From Candidatus Levyibacteriota bacterium (GTDB lineage: Bacteria; Patescibacteriota; Microgenomatia; Levybacterales; UBA12049), in NCBI GenBank assembly GCA_016432345.1, contig CP066685.1:176236-240235 (forward strand): DNA of 64,000 bases, written 5' to 3'. Positions 44,063 to 53,364 of the stretch are shown piece by piece (within the stretch, counting starts at the first letter, position 1; each line of letters begins with the position of its first letter). The notes below the pieces were generated by a model. The model had not been told where the DNA came from and searched no databases. It was given only the letters and a program-made list of their open reading frames with translations. The position numbers and the translations under genes were made by a program.

Positions 44063-45250
44063 ATGGCAGACGTAAAGAAATTCGAGAGAAACAAACCGCA
44101 TATTAATATTGGTACCATTGGTCATGTTGATCATGGCAAGACCACCACCACCGCTGCAATTGCCACTGTTCTTTCTAAAAAAGGTCTAGCCCAGGCTAAA
44201 AAATACGAAGATATTGATAATGCTCCAGAAGAAAAAGCCCGTGGAGTTACCATTAACATTTCTCATATCGAATATGAAACAGACAAAAGACATTATGCTC
44301 ACATTGATGCTCCAGGCCACGCCGATTACATTAAAAACATGATTACAGGAGCAGCCCAAATGGATGGAGCAATTTTAGTGGTGTCGGCGCCAGATGGTCC
44401 AATGCCTCAAACTCGCGAGCACATTCTTTTAGCTCGCCAGGTTGGAGTGCCTTCAATTGTTGTCTATCTTAACAAGTGTGATATGGTGCAAGACGCAGAG
44501 CTTTTGGATTTAGTTGAAATGGAAGTAAGAGAACTTTTGACCAAATATCAATATCCAGGAGCTGATGTACCAATTATTCGTGGTTCGTCTTTAAAAGCAC
44601 TCGAAGGTGATGCAGAATATGAGAAAAAGATCATGGAACTTATGGATGCAGTGGATTCTTATATCCCAACACCAAAGCGCGATATTGACAAGCCATTTAT
44701 GATGGCTGTTGAGGACGTATTCTCTATTAAAGGCCGCGGAACAGTTGTTACAGGACGCGTTGAGCGAGGTCAAGTAAAAGTTAATGAAACAGTTGAAATC
44801 GTGGGAATTAGACCAACTAAGTCAACGGTTGTTACCGGTGTTGAGATGTTTCGAAAACAGCTTGATGAAGCGCAGGCAGGAGACAATGTTGGATTACTCC
44901 TTCGCGGTATCGAAAAAGACGATGTCGAACGGGGACAGGTTATTGCCAAGCCAGGCAGTATTACTCCGCACACAGAATTTGAGGCAGAAGTATATATTTT
45001 AACCAAAGAAGAAGGTGGACGCCATACACCATTTTTTACAGGATATCGTCCACAATTTTATATTCGGACAACCGATGTTACAGCCGAAGTTGCGCTTCCA
45101 CAAGGTGTTGAAATGGTGATGCCGGGAGACAGTACCAAAATGACAGTTAAACTTATAAATCCAATTGCTCTTGAAGAAGGGTTGAGGTTTGCGGTTCGCG
45201 AAGGCGGTAAAACAGTTGGAGCTGGAGTAATTAGTAAAATTCTTAAATAG
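44063..45250 (+). CDS. tuf: Elongation factor Tu
   Basis: Contains [17 protein letters not shown] and NKCD. Full length at 395 aa. Confidence 0.99.
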   Translation: MADVKKFERNKPHINIGTIGHVDHGKTTTTAAIATVLSKKGLAQAKKYEDIDNAPEEKARGVTINISHIEYETDKRHYAHIDAPGHADYIKNMITGAAQMDGAILVVSAPDGPMPQTREHILLARQVGVPSIVVYLNKCDMVQDAELLDLVEMEVRELLTKYQYPGADVPIIRGSSLKALEGDAEYEKKIMELMDAVDSYIPTPKRDIDKPFMMAVEDVFSIKGRGTVVTGRVERGQVKVNETVEIVGIRPTKSTVVTGVEMFRKQLDEAQAGDNVGLLLRGIEKDDVERGQVIAKPGSITPHTEFEAEVYILTKEEGGRHTPFFTGYRPQFYIRTTDVTAEVALPQGVEMVMPGDSTKMTVKLINPIALEEGLRFAVREGGKTVGAGVISKILK

Positions 45251-45280
45251 TTTGTACATTAACTTGTTGGGGGAAATTTT

Positions 45281-45589
45281 ATGCCAAGAGGAAGAATTAG
45301 AGTACGCCTTAAAAGCTACGATGCCAGAGTTATAGACAGTTGTTGCCAGCAAATTTTAGATACGGCCATTAGAACAGGAGCAAAAGTAGTGGGGCCAATC
45401 CCTCTCCCAACAGATCGAAGTGTTTACGTAGTTAATAAATCTCCATTTGTTGATAAAAACGCCCGGGATCATTTTGAAATTAGAGTCCACAAACGCTTAA
45501 TTGATATTATTTCTCCAACCGATCGAACTATTGATCAGCTTACTCACCTCGAACTACCCGCAGGAGTGGATGTTACAATTAAGATGTAG
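45281..45589 (+). CDS. rpsJ: 30S ribosomal protein S10
   Basis: Typical S10 sequence (IRVRLKSYD...GPIPLPT). Confidence 0.97.
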   Translation: MPRGRIRVRLKSYDARVIDSCCQQILDTAIRTGAKVVGPIPLPTDRSVYVVNKSPFVDKNARDHFEIRVHKRLIDIISPTDRTIDQLTHLELPAGVDVTIKM

Positions 45590-45604
45590 GGTTTATCATA
45601 TATC

Positions 45605-45633
45605 TTGTCCCAAATATGCGCATGCGATATACT
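45605..45633 (+). promoter_or_regulatory. Putative promoter TTGTCC-17-TATACT, 7 nt before the acyltransferase GTG
   Basis: Read directly. It implies a leaderless transcript. Confidence 0.4.
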
Positions 45634-45640
45634 AATGTAG

Positions 45641-46720
45641 GTGGATAAAAAGACATATATTTTTGCCGCAGACGTTACTCGCGATATTGCCATCATTGGC
45701 GTTGTTATTATTCATACTATAAATGCCGTTTACACCCGACCTGATTTTTTTGGAGGAATAACCTGGTGGATAACTACATTTTTAGATTCAGCCTCTCGAA
45801 TTTCCATCCCGCTTTTTATTATGCTCAGTGGGTATTTACTGCTAAAAAAAGACGAGACAATGGAACAATCGTTAAAACGAATAGCTTCTAGAATTATAGT
45901 TCCTTTTATCTTTTGGGTGCTTTTTTATTTTTGGTATGGCGGCGGTCTTCCTTCATTTAATTTTATAAGAGTAAGCATTTTAAAAAACGTATTTCAGAGT
46001 AACGTATTTCATCTTTATTATTTGGTTATTCTCATGGGTTTATATGTAATCGCTCCACTGATCCGAGCTTATCTGCGTAGTGTTTCGTTTGCGTCACAAG
46101 AGTTTTTAATGAAGATTTTTCTTGTTGGCGGAGTTCTGCAAGTAGGATTGGAATTTATCTTTCAAACCTGTGCCGCCGAGAATTTTTTTACACGCTGGAT
46201 GCCTTACACAGGGTTTTTTATAGCAGGTTATGTATTGGGCACAAAACAACATCTACTTAAAACATCCAAACTTTTTATATGGTATGCGGCAGCATTTACA
46301 ACAACTGTGGGTCTTAACTATTTACATTATTTCCTTGTTAAATACAAGTATAATTTTCTTGATGCGCCGGGATGTCTTTCATATTACAGCGATCATTATC
46401 TTAGTATAAATGTGGTTATAATGTCTTTGTGCGCTTTTATTTTTTTGCTTCATGCCTCATACGGGTTTTTACAAAACAATAGAATTGCGGCAAAAATTAT
46501 TGCTTCTTTAGCACGAACATCTTTTGGAATATATTTAGCCCACCCGTTTATTAACCGATTTTTAGAGATGCAATTTCATCTAGCTGTTGATATTAGCAAG
46601 TTGCCAATTTTTATTATTATTACACTAAAATTTTTTCTGGTATTTGTGCTTTCTTACTTTCTTACGTTTTTTTGTTTAAAAATTCCAATTGTGCAGCTAG
46701 TTTTTGGTGGAAAAAGGTAA
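45641..46720 (+). CDS. Acyltransferase family 3 (OatA-like) integral membrane protein
   Basis: It has about 10 TM helices, the N-terminal pattern R.IAIIGVV.IH, and a typical Acyl_transf_3 layout. It has a GTG start. Confidence 0.75.
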   Translation: MDKKTYIFAADVTRDIAIIGVVIIHTINAVYTRPDFFGGITWWITTFLDSASRISIPLFIMLSGYLLLKKDETMEQSLKRIASRIIVPFIFWVLFYFWYGGGLPSFNFIRVSILKNVFQSNVFHLYYLVILMGLYVIAPLIRAYLRSVSFASQEFLMKIFLVGGVLQVGLEFIFQTCAAENFFTRWMPYTGFFIAGYVLGTKQHLLKTSKLFIWYAAAFTTTVGLNYLHYFLVKYKYNFLDAPGCLSYYSDHYLSINVVIMSLCAFIFLLHASYGFLQNNRIAAKIIASLARTSFGIYLAHPFINRFLEMQFHLAVDISKLPIFIIITLKFFLVFVLSYFLTFFCLKIPIVQLVFGGKR

Positions 46721-46724
46721 TGTA

Positions 46725-46753
46725 TTGCATTTCCAAGACGTGCGTTATATAAT
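46725..46753 (+). promoter_or_regulatory. Strong sigma70-like promoter TTGCAT-17-TATAAT
   Basis: The -10 is a perfect consensus with a 17-nt spacer. It lies just after the acyltransferase stop codon. Confidence 0.55.
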
Positions 46754-46759
46754 AACAAA

Positions 46760-46921
46760 ACATGGTAAACCTAATGGAGGTGTATCTGGCCCCAAAAGGT
46801 CTTTCCGTTCGCCTTCAGGTACTATTCGTACACGGCTCACGGAGCGGCTCATCGGGGTAGACTACATAGCGCACGAGTTTAGATTTCTAAATACAAAGCG
46901 ACTGTATGTAGTCGCTTTTTT
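46760..46921 (+). ncRNA. Candidate ~160-nt structured leader or small RNA upstream of rplC (unclassified)
   Basis: It is bounded by the promoter at 46725-46753 and an intrinsic terminator. It is visibly more GC-rich than its surroundings. Several helices can be drawn, for example GTATCTGGCCCC/GGGGTAGACTAC and CCGTTCGCC/GGCTCACGG. The overlapping 118-aa track ORF is not credible. Confidence 0.35.
46895..46921 (+). terminator. Intrinsic terminator AAAGCGACT-GTATGT-AGTCGCTTT followed by a T-run
   Basis: The stem is 7-9 bp, the loop is 6 nt, and the tail reads TTTTTTGGTTTTTT. It lies 26 nt upstream of the rplC ATG. Confidence 0.65.
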
Positions 46922-46947
46922 GGTTTTTTCTCCGAAGGCGGATAAAT

Positions 46948-47640
46948 ATGCAAGCATTTATTGGACAAAAATTATTACAAACGCAGGCGTTCCTAACCGA
47001 CGGAACCAGAATTCCTGTGACAAAGATCAATGTGCCACATCTTCCTGTGGTGGCAATTAAAACCAAGAATAAAGATGGCTACAGAGCGCTTCAAGTTGGA
47101 TGGGGACAAAGAAAGCATCCAAATAAAGCAATAGTTGGACATATACGAGGAGCAAAATTAGAAAAAGCACCTCGTTTTTTACGGGAAATTCGTTTAGCAG
47201 ATGCCGATTCGGCAGCCTCGATCGAAGTAGGTTCATATATAAAAGTTGCTGATATCTTAAAACCAGGAGACATGGTTGATGTTGTCGGCATTTCTAAAGG
47301 AAAAGGATATGCCGGAGTTGTAAAAAGACACCATTTTAAAGGTGGACCCAGGACGCATGGGCAATCGGATAGAGAAAGAGCACCAGGCAGTATTGGCCAA
47401 ACCACAACGCCAGGAAGAGTATATAAGGGAAAACGTATGTCTGGTCGCATGGGCCAAGATAGAGTAACAATTAAAAACTTGGAAGTTGTTGACGTAACAG
47501 AAGGAGAAGTGTTGGTAAAAGGTGTTGTGCCAGGCGTAAGAGGTAGTCTAGTTATGATTGAAAAAGTTGGAGAAAAGAAAAAGTTTGCACCATTGTACAA
47601 GGAAAAAGTAGAAGAGGAGGAAAAAGATGCCGGTAAGTAA
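46948..47640 (+). CDS. rplC: 50S ribosomal protein L3
   Basis: Contains FKGGPRTHGQSDRERAPGSIG. An AAGG Shine-Dalgarno lies upstream. Confidence 0.97.
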   Translation: MQAFIGQKLLQTQAFLTDGTRIPVTKINVPHLPVVAIKTKNKDGYRALQVGWGQRKHPNKAIVGHIRGAKLEKAPRFLREIRLADADSAASIEVGSYIKVADILKPGDMVDVVGISKGKGYAGVVKRHHFKGGPRTHGQSDRERAPGSIGQTTTPGRVYKGKRMSGRMGQDRVTIKNLEVVDVTEGEVLVKGVVPGVRGSLVMIEKVGEKKKFAPLYKEKVEEEEKDAGK

Positions 47641-48367
47641 ACTTAAAACTATAGCTCAAAGCGCAAAGCCAAAAACCACTCTAGTTCAAAAATTAAAAGT
47701 AGCGAAAGAGAAGAGCAACAAACTAATTATTGATGTTTTAGATATCAAAAGTAAGGTTGTAGACACAGTAGAATTACCGAAGGAAATATTTGGAGTTGAA
47801 GAAAATAACAATTTATTAGCTCAAGCAGTAAGAGTGCATCTGGGAAATAAAAGACGAGGAACTGTTTCGACAAAAACAAGAGGGCAAGTTAGGGGTTCAA
47901 CTCGAAAGATTTATAGGCAAAAAGGAACAGGACGAGCACGTCATGGGGGAATACGCGCGCCAATTTTTGTGCACGGAGGAATTGCGCATGGGCCAAAACA
48001 GAGAGATTATTCTCTTTCATTTCCTAAAAAAATGAAAAAGCAAGCCCTTTTTTGCGCTTTATCTTCTTTTTACAAGCAGAATGGTATTAAGGCAATTGGA
48101 GGCTTACAAAAAGTAGAGCCTAAAACAAAGATAATGGCAGAGGTGTTTAAAAACCTATCCTTGGATGCAAAAAATAAAAAAGATGTTTTGTTTATAATAA
48201 CAAAAGAACTTGAAAATGTGAAACGTGCAGCCAGAAATTTGACTAACATTTCTATTTTGCAAACACCGCAATTAAATGCCTACGATGTATTAAGGCATGA
48301 TATACTTCTTTTTTCTAAAGAATCACTTGCAGAAATAACAAAACAGTTTTTAGCTAAAGAAAAATAA
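47627..48367 (+). CDS. rplD: 50S ribosomal protein L4 (with an N-terminal extension)
   Basis: Contains KGTGRARHG and GG..HGP motifs. A GGAGG Shine-Dalgarno lies upstream. Confidence 0.95.
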   Translation: MPVSKLKTIAQSAKPKTTLVQKLKVAKEKSNKLIIDVLDIKSKVVDTVELPKEIFGVEENNNLLAQAVRVHLGNKRRGTVSTKTRGQVRGSTRKIYRQKGTGRARHGGIRAPIFVHGGIAHGPKQRDYSLSFPKKMKKQALFCALSSFYKQNGIKAIGGLQKVEPKTKIMAEVFKNLSLDAKNKKDVLFIITKELENVKRAARNLTNISILQTPQLNAYDVLRHDILLFSKESLAEITKQFLAKEK

Positions 48368-48369
48368 TT

Positions 48370-48672
48370 ATGGATAAAGTGCTTATTAGACCACTGATAA
48401 CAGAAAAATCAATAAATGATGCTCAAAATGGAAAATTTACCTTTATTATTGCAGAAAGCGCTCATAAAAATGATATTAAAAAAGCTGTTGAAGATCAATT
48501 TAAAGTTCATGTTGTTGCTATCGCCACAATTATTACAAAAGGAAAAAGCAAGCGTGTTGGTAGAAAGAGGCAAATTGTTAAAGAGCGGCCTGCTAAGAAG
48601 GCAATTATCAAACTTGCAGCAGGTGAAAAAATTGATTTATTCGATTTAAAAGCTTCGACACAAAAAAAGTAA
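48370..48672 (+). CDS. rplW: 50S ribosomal protein L23
   Basis: Contains IRPLITEKS, and gene order supports the call. Confidence 0.95.
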   Translation: MDKVLIRPLITEKSINDAQNGKFTFIIAESAHKNDIKKAVEDQFKVHVVAIATIITKGKSKRVGRKRQIVKERPAKKAIIKLAAGEKIDLFDLKASTQKK

Positions 48673-48673
48673 T

Positions 48674-49414
48674 ATGAGCAAACTAAAAATAATTAAGAAA
48701 AAACATTCAGGTCGAGATGCAAGCGGAAGCGTAACAGTACGGCATCAAGGCGGAGAACATAAAAGATTCTTGCGTATTATTGATTTTAAGCGAGATAAAA
48801 TAGGAATTACGGGTAAAGTTGTGGCATTTGAATACGACCCAAACAGAACTTGTGATGTGGCGCTGATTCAATATGCAGATGGTGAAAAAAGATATATTTT
48901 AAAACCAGAGGGACTTAATCTTGGCGATGCTATTGTTTCCGCAAAAGAAGGCGAACCAGAAGTCGGCAGTTCATTTCCTCTGGAAGTTTTGCCAATTGGC
49001 ACAGTTATTCATAACATTGAATTGCATCCTGGCAGAGGCGGTGTGTTGGCAAGGTCTGCCGGGACCGCGGCTGTTATTCAGGCCAGAGAAGGGAATTTTG
49101 TGCATCTTAAACTTCCGTCAGGTGAAGTTAGAAAAGTGTTAAGTCTTGGCTTTGCAACTGTCGGACAGCTTGGGAATATAGATTGGAAAAACGAAGTAGT
49201 TGGTAAAGCTGGTAGATCACGACATCGAGGTATTCGCCCAACAGTTAGGGGAGTGGCGCAAAATCCAAGGTCTCATCCACATGGAGGCGGAGAAGGAAGA
49301 TCAGGCATTGGTATGTCAACGCCCAAAACTTATGCCGGAAGACCTGCTGTTGGAAAAACCAGAAAAAAACATAAGTATTCAAATAAGTATATTTTGCAAA
49401 GGAGGAAGAAATAA
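48674..49414 (+). CDS. rplB: 50S ribosomal protein L2 (N-terminally shortened, 246 aa)
   Basis: Contains [17 protein letters not shown] and [10 protein letters not shown]. Confidence 0.97.
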   Translation: MSKLKIIKKKHSGRDASGSVTVRHQGGEHKRFLRIIDFKRDKIGITGKVVAFEYDPNRTCDVALIQYADGEKRYILKPEGLNLGDAIVSAKEGEPEVGSSFPLEVLPIGTVIHNIELHPGRGGVLARSAGTAAVIQAREGNFVHLKLPSGEVRKVLSLGFATVGQLGNIDWKNEVVGKAGRSRHRGIRPTVRGVAQNPRSHPHGGGEGRSGIGMSTPKTYAGRPAVGKTRKKHKYSNKYILQRRKK

Positions 49415-49698
49415 TGGCAAGAAGTACAAAAAAAGGTCCATTTATAGACCAAAGATTACTTAAAAAAGTTTTAAAGCAAAAGCAAACTGGAGAAAAAGCT
49501 GCAATTAAGACATGGTCAAGAGCTTGTCAAATTCCTCCAGAGTTTGTGGGACATACTTTTGCTGTATATAATGGCAAGATATTTGTAAATGTATTCGTAG
49601 TAGAGGGAATGGTTGGACATCGTTTAGGAGAATTTGCGCCAACCAGGACATTTCGATCTCATGGTCGAGTGGTTGCTAGAGAAGTATCAAAGACATAA
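49414..49698 (+). CDS. rpsS: 30S ribosomal protein S19
   Basis: Contains KKGPFID and GHT.AVYNGK. It joins rplB through a TAATG overlap. Confidence 0.97.
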   Translation: MARSTKKGPFIDQRLLKKVLKQKQTGEKAAIKTWSRACQIPPEFVGHTFAVYNGKIFVNVFVVEGMVGHRLGEFAPTRTFRSHGRVVAREVSKT

Positions 49699-49702
49699 AA
49701 AT

Positions 49703-50050
49703 ATGGAAGTAAGAGCAGAAAATAATAACATTAAAATAAGTACACGAAAAGTACGTCTGGTGGCAGATGCAATTCGCAGTCTTTCGATAAAAGACGCTTT
49801 GCGCGTGCTGGCAACAGCTCGAAAAAAGGCAAGCAGGGTTTTGGAGAAAACCATTAAAAGCGCTGTGGCAAATGCTGTACATAATGCAAAATTAAAACAA
49901 GAAAATTTAAAAATTAAAAGCATTGAGGTAACAGAAGGAACAGCCATGAAAAGATTTAGACCATCAACCAGAGGAAGAGTACACCCATTTAAAAAGAGAA
50001 GTAGTCATATAAGAATTATTTTAGAGGAGGCTTATGGGGCAAAAAGTTAA
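49703..50050 (+). CDS. rplV: 50S ribosomal protein L22
   Basis: Begins MEVRAENNNIKISTRKVRLVADAIR. The track's earlier start overlaps rpsS and is rejected. Confidence 0.95.
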   Translation: MEVRAENNNIKISTRKVRLVADAIRSLSIKDALRVLATARKKASRVLEKTIKSAVANAVHNAKLKQENLKIKSIEVTEGTAMKRFRPSTRGRVHPFKKRSSHIRIILEEAYGAKS

Positions 50051-50684
50051 TCCATTAGCATTGCGCCTGGGGCCAGTTTTTGATTGGTCAAGCCACTGGT
50101 TTGAAAACAAGCGTTATAAAGAAGTTTTAATGCAAGATTATACCATTAGAAAAGCCTTGCTACAAAGATTAAAAAATGCTGGCGTTGCAAAAATTGTGAT
50201 AGACAGGTCAATTAATAGTATAAAAATTACCGCTTTTGTATCTCGTCCTGGTATGGTTATTGGAAGAGCGGGAACTGGACTTGAAGACTTAAAGAAGTTT
50301 TTGTTAACTGTAATGCGAACATTCGATAAAAGTAAAAAAAATGCGCCAAAGCTTGATATTAGAGTTGAACCGGTGAAAGAGCCAAATCTTGATGCATTTT
50401 TGATGGCAACCACCATTGCAGATCAGTTGGCAAAACGGCTTTCTTACAAAAGAGTAATGCTTGCGACAGCAGAAAAAGTGATGAATGCCGGAGCAAAAGG
50501 AGTAAGAATTATTTTGTCTGGAAGAATTGCAGGAGCTGAAATTAGCAGACGGGAAAAAATTCAAAGGGGCACTGTCCCGTTATCAACAATTAGAGAGCAC
50601 GTCTATTTTGCTAGCGTGCCATCTTTGACTAAAAAAGGATATATTGGGGTGAAGGTTTGGATAAATAGACCTGAGGGAAAATAA
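50034..50684 (+). CDS. rpsC: 30S ribosomal protein S3
   Basis: Begins [11 protein letters not shown] and has a KH domain. A GGAGG Shine-Dalgarno lies upstream. Confidence 0.97.
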   Translation: MGQKVNPLALRLGPVFDWSSHWFENKRYKEVLMQDYTIRKALLQRLKNAGVAKIVIDRSINSIKITAFVSRPGMVIGRAGTGLEDLKKFLLTVMRTFDKSKKNAPKLDIRVEPVKEPNLDAFLMATTIADQLAKRLSYKRVMLATAEKVMNAGAKGVRIILSGRIAGAEISRREKIQRGTVPLSTIREHVYFASVPSLTKKGYIGVKVWINRPEGK

Positions 50685-50685
50685 T

Positions 50686-51099
50686 ATGTTAGTTCCAAAA
50701 AGAGCAAAATATAGGAAAATGCACAGAGGAAGAATGAGGGGGAAGGCTCATGCGGGCACAGATATTTCTTTTGGAGAATTTGGGCTTGTATCTTCAGAGT
50801 GCGCCTGGGTAAGCAACCGCCAAATAGAAGCAGCTCGTCGAGCGATTACTCATTATACACAACGAGGGGGAAGGGTGTGGATTCGAATTTTCCCAGATAA
50901 GCCAATAACAAAAAAACCTGCAGAAACAAGAATGGGAAGCGGTAAGGGAGATGTTTATGAATATGTGGCGGTTGTTAGGCCAGGAAGAGTTCTTTTTGAG
51001 ATGGGCGGAGTAGCAAAAGATGTTGCCTCTGCAGCATTGCGGCTTGCATCCCATAAACTTTCGGTAAAAACAAAGTTTGTTGAAAAGGGGAATATATGA
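50686..51099 (+). CDS. rplP: 50S ribosomal protein L16
   Basis: Contains [14 protein letters not shown] and RMGSGKG. Confidence 0.97.
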   Translation: MLVPKRAKYRKMHRGRMRGKAHAGTDISFGEFGLVSSECAWVSNRQIEAARRAITHYTQRGGRVWIRIFPDKPITKKPAETRMGSGKGDVYEYVAVVRPGRVLFEMGGVAKDVASAALRLASHKLSVKTKFVEKGNI

Positions 51100-51308
51100 A
51101 GATAAAAGAGAAGAAACAGCTAAGAGGAAAATCAATAAAAGAACTGCAGACAATATTAGCCCAAGCAAGAGATGAGGTAAAAGCATTATTGTTTGAGCAT
51201 AATCGGGGGAAATTAAAAAATACTGGCAGTCTTTTGCATAAGAAGAAAGATATTGCTAGAATATACAGTATTTTAGGAGAAAAGAAACTGGTAGAAGAAA
51301 ACATATGA
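51096..51308 (+). CDS. rpmC: 50S ribosomal protein L29
   Basis: Size, position and the L29-like helical sequence support the call. Confidence 0.9.
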   Translation: MKIKEKKQLRGKSIKELQTILAQARDEVKALLFEHNRGKLKNTGSLLHKKKDIARIYSILGEKKLVEENI

Positions 51309-51535
51309 AAACATTAAAAGGAATAGTTTTATCAACAAAAATGGATAAAACAGCAGTAATTATTGTTGAACAGATAAAAACACATCGGCTTTACAAGAAG
51401 CGGCTTGTGCGGCATAAAAAATACAAAGTAGAGATAGAGAGTTTTTTAGTAAAGGCAGGAGATGTGGTTAAAGTAGTTGAGACAAAACCATTGTCAAAAG
51501 ATAAATATTTTAAAGTAGTAGAGGTATTAAAGTAA
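51305..51535 (+). CDS. rpsQ: 30S ribosomal protein S17
   Basis: Contains G.V.S.KMDKT..V and Y.K....K.Y..H. Confidence 0.95.
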   Translation: MKTLKGIVLSTKMDKTAVIIVEQIKTHRLYKKRLVRHKKYKVEIESFLVKAGDVVKVVETKPLSKDKYFKVVEVLK

Positions 51536-51536
51536 C

Positions 51537-51911
51537 ATGATTCAACAAAGGACAGTTTTAAATGTAGCAGATAACAGCGGCGCAAAGTCGCTGGTGGTAA
51601 TTCATATTTTTGGCGGTTCGAAACGCAAATATGGATATCTTGGCGATGTGTTAAATTGTGTTGTAAAGCAAGCAAGTCCCACAGGGCAGGTAAAAGATAG
51701 CGAGTTGGTTAAAGCAGTTGTTGTGAGAACGAGAAAGGAATATAAAAGACAGGATGGTTCATATATTCGTTTTTCTGACAATGCTGCTGTTATTATTGAC
51801 AACGCCAAAGATAAAAATCCCAAAGGCACACGCATTTTTGGGCCAATTGCTCGGGAAGTAAAAAATAAAGGTTTTGCAAAAATTGCCAGCATGGCGATAG
51901 AAGTTTTATAA
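51537..51911 (+). CDS. rplN: 50S ribosomal protein L14
   Basis: Begins [17 protein letters not shown]. Confidence 0.98.
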   Translation: MIQQRTVLNVADNSGAKSLVVIHIFGGSKRKYGYLGDVLNCVVKQASPTGQVKDSELVKAVVVRTRKEYKRQDGSYIRFSDNAAVIIDNAKDKNPKGTRIFGPIAREVKNKGFAKIASMAIEVL

Positions 51912-51916
51912 AACTT

Positions 51917-52222
51917 ATGAAGCTAAAAAAGGGAGACGAGGTAAAAGTGGTTGCAGGGAAAGATAAAGGAAAAACAGGAAAAGTGGAGAAAGTTTTTCCA
52001 GATGAGCAAAAGGTGCTTATTGTAGGGATAAACGAATATAAAAGACACATAAAAGGGCAAGCTAATATGCGAAAATCAGAGATTGTTACTATTGCAAAGC
52101 CGCTTTTTTTTGCAAACGTAGCACTTATTTGTTCTAAATGTCATTTAGCAACAAGAGCAGGTTATCAAATTTTAGATAATAAAAAAGAGAGAATATGTAA
52201 AAAATGTAAACAAACGATATGA
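51917..52222 (+). CDS. rplX: 50S ribosomal protein L24 (KOW domain plus a C-terminal CxxC...CxxC segment)
   Basis: Contains [22 protein letters not shown]. The C-terminus contains CSKC and CKKC. Confidence 0.95.
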   Translation: MKLKKGDEVKVVAGKDKGKTGKVEKVFPDEQKVLIVGINEYKRHIKGQANMRKSEIVTIAKPLFFANVALICSKCHLATRAGYQILDNKKERICKKCKQTI

Positions 52223-52740
52223 GTCAGACTCAAAACGAATTACAGCAAAAACTAAATATAAAAAATGTGATGGCAGTGCCAAAGATTTCTAAAATTGTTG
52301 TCAACATGGGCGTAAAAGACGTAGTACAGGATAAAAAAAATATCGAAAGAGCAGCGGTAATTCTATCGCAAATTACTGGGCAAAAGCCCAAAATCACATC
52401 GGCCAAAAAATCTATTGCAACTTTTAAGCTAAGAGAAGGAGATCAAATAGGGGTTATGGTAACATTGCGAGGAAAACGAATGCATGATTTTTTTACAAAA
52501 CTTACTAGTATTGTTTTACCCCGACTTAGAGATTTTCGAGGTGTTTCAAAAAAGCAATTTGATGGGCATGGCAATTATACATTGGGGTTTTCCGAGCACA
52601 CGGTATTTCCAGAAATTGATCCTGGAAAGGTAGAAAAGGTTTTTGGTTTTGAAGTTGTTATTGTGACAACAGCCAGAGACAATAAAGAAGGACTTGCATT
52701 GCTTGAAATGCTTGGCATGCCCTTTATGAAAAGCGTCTAG
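52219..52740 (+). CDS. rplE: 50S ribosomal protein L5
   Basis: Contains typical L5 blocks (ITGQKP, FKLREG, RDFRG). Confidence 0.97.
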   Translation: MSQTQNELQQKLNIKNVMAVPKISKIVVNMGVKDVVQDKKNIERAAVILSQITGQKPKITSAKKSIATFKLREGDQIGVMVTLRGKRMHDFFTKLTSIVLPRLRDFRGVSKKQFDGHGNYTLGFSEHTVFPEIDPGKVEKVFGFEVVIVTTARDNKEGLALLEMLGMPFMKSV

Positions 52741-52765
52741 TTTTTTCAACTGAACGCTAAAAATT

Positions 52766-52951
52766 ATGGCAAAGAAATCTAATATTGTTAAATTTAAAAA
52801 AAAGCAAAAGTTTGCTGTTCGTCAGAAAAACAGATGTAACATTTGTGGAAGAAATAGGGCTTACATGCGACGGTTTGGTTTATGTCGTTTGTGTTTTCGG
52901 GAATTAGTCATGAAAGGAGAATTGCCAGGGGTAACAAAAGCAAGCTGGTAA
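52766..52951 (+). CDS. rpsN: 30S ribosomal protein S14 type Z (zinc-binding)
   Basis: It is 61 aa and carries CNICGR...CRLC. Confidence 0.96.
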   Translation: MAKKSNIVKFKKKQKFAVRQKNRCNICGRNRAYMRRFGLCRLCFRELVMKGELPGVTKASW

Positions 52952-52957
52952 AATAAT

Positions 52958-53347
52958 ATGAATTATCAAATTGGAGATTTTGTTATAAGGTTAAAAAATG
53001 TATGTCTGGCAAGGCGAAAAACTGTTGAGCTTCCTTATTCTAAGCTTAATAAAGGGGTGGGTGAAATTTTAGTAAAAAATGGTTTTCTTGGGTCTATTGC
53101 CGAGGAAGAGAGAGACGGAAAAAAGGTTCTTACAGCGACAATAAAATATGAGAAGAGAAAACCTATGATAACGGATGTGCTTTTGGCATCAAAGCCATCG
53201 CTACGTATCTATATAAAAGCAAAAAATGTAGAAAAGAAAAAGGGAAAGCTTGGTATAGAAATTATTTCAACAAGCGCTGGCGTAATGACTATGAGGCAAG
53301 CAAAAAAACAAGGGATTGGGGGAGAGTTGCTTTTTAGAATTTGGTAA
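52958..53347 (+). CDS. rpsH: 30S ribosomal protein S8
   Basis: S8 sequence pattern and gene order support the call. Confidence 0.95.
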   Translation: MNYQIGDFVIRLKNVCLARRKTVELPYSKLNKGVGEILVKNGFLGSIAEEERDGKKVLTATIKYEKRKPMITDVLLASKPSLRIYIKAKNVEKKKGKLGIEIISTSAGVMTMRQAKKQGIGGELLFRIW

Positions 53348-53364
53348 AGCATTTTATATTAAAT

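Noticed and set aside
46760-46921. Possible SRP (4.5S) RNA, 6S RNA, tmRNA or tRNA identity for the GC-rich segment upstream of rplC.
   Set aside because: I could not find the SRP domain IV signature (GGAA tetraloop with flanking AGCAGC-type symmetric loop) on either strand. There is no tRNA-like T-arm (GTTCRANYC) and no tmRNA tag or CCA-end features. It is left as an unclassified candidate.
46704-47060. A 118-aa track ORF spanning from the acyltransferase stop into rplC.
   Set aside because: It overlaps two real genes, reads through a consensus promoter and an intrinsic terminator, and has an odd composition. A non-coding leader or sRNA explains the region better.
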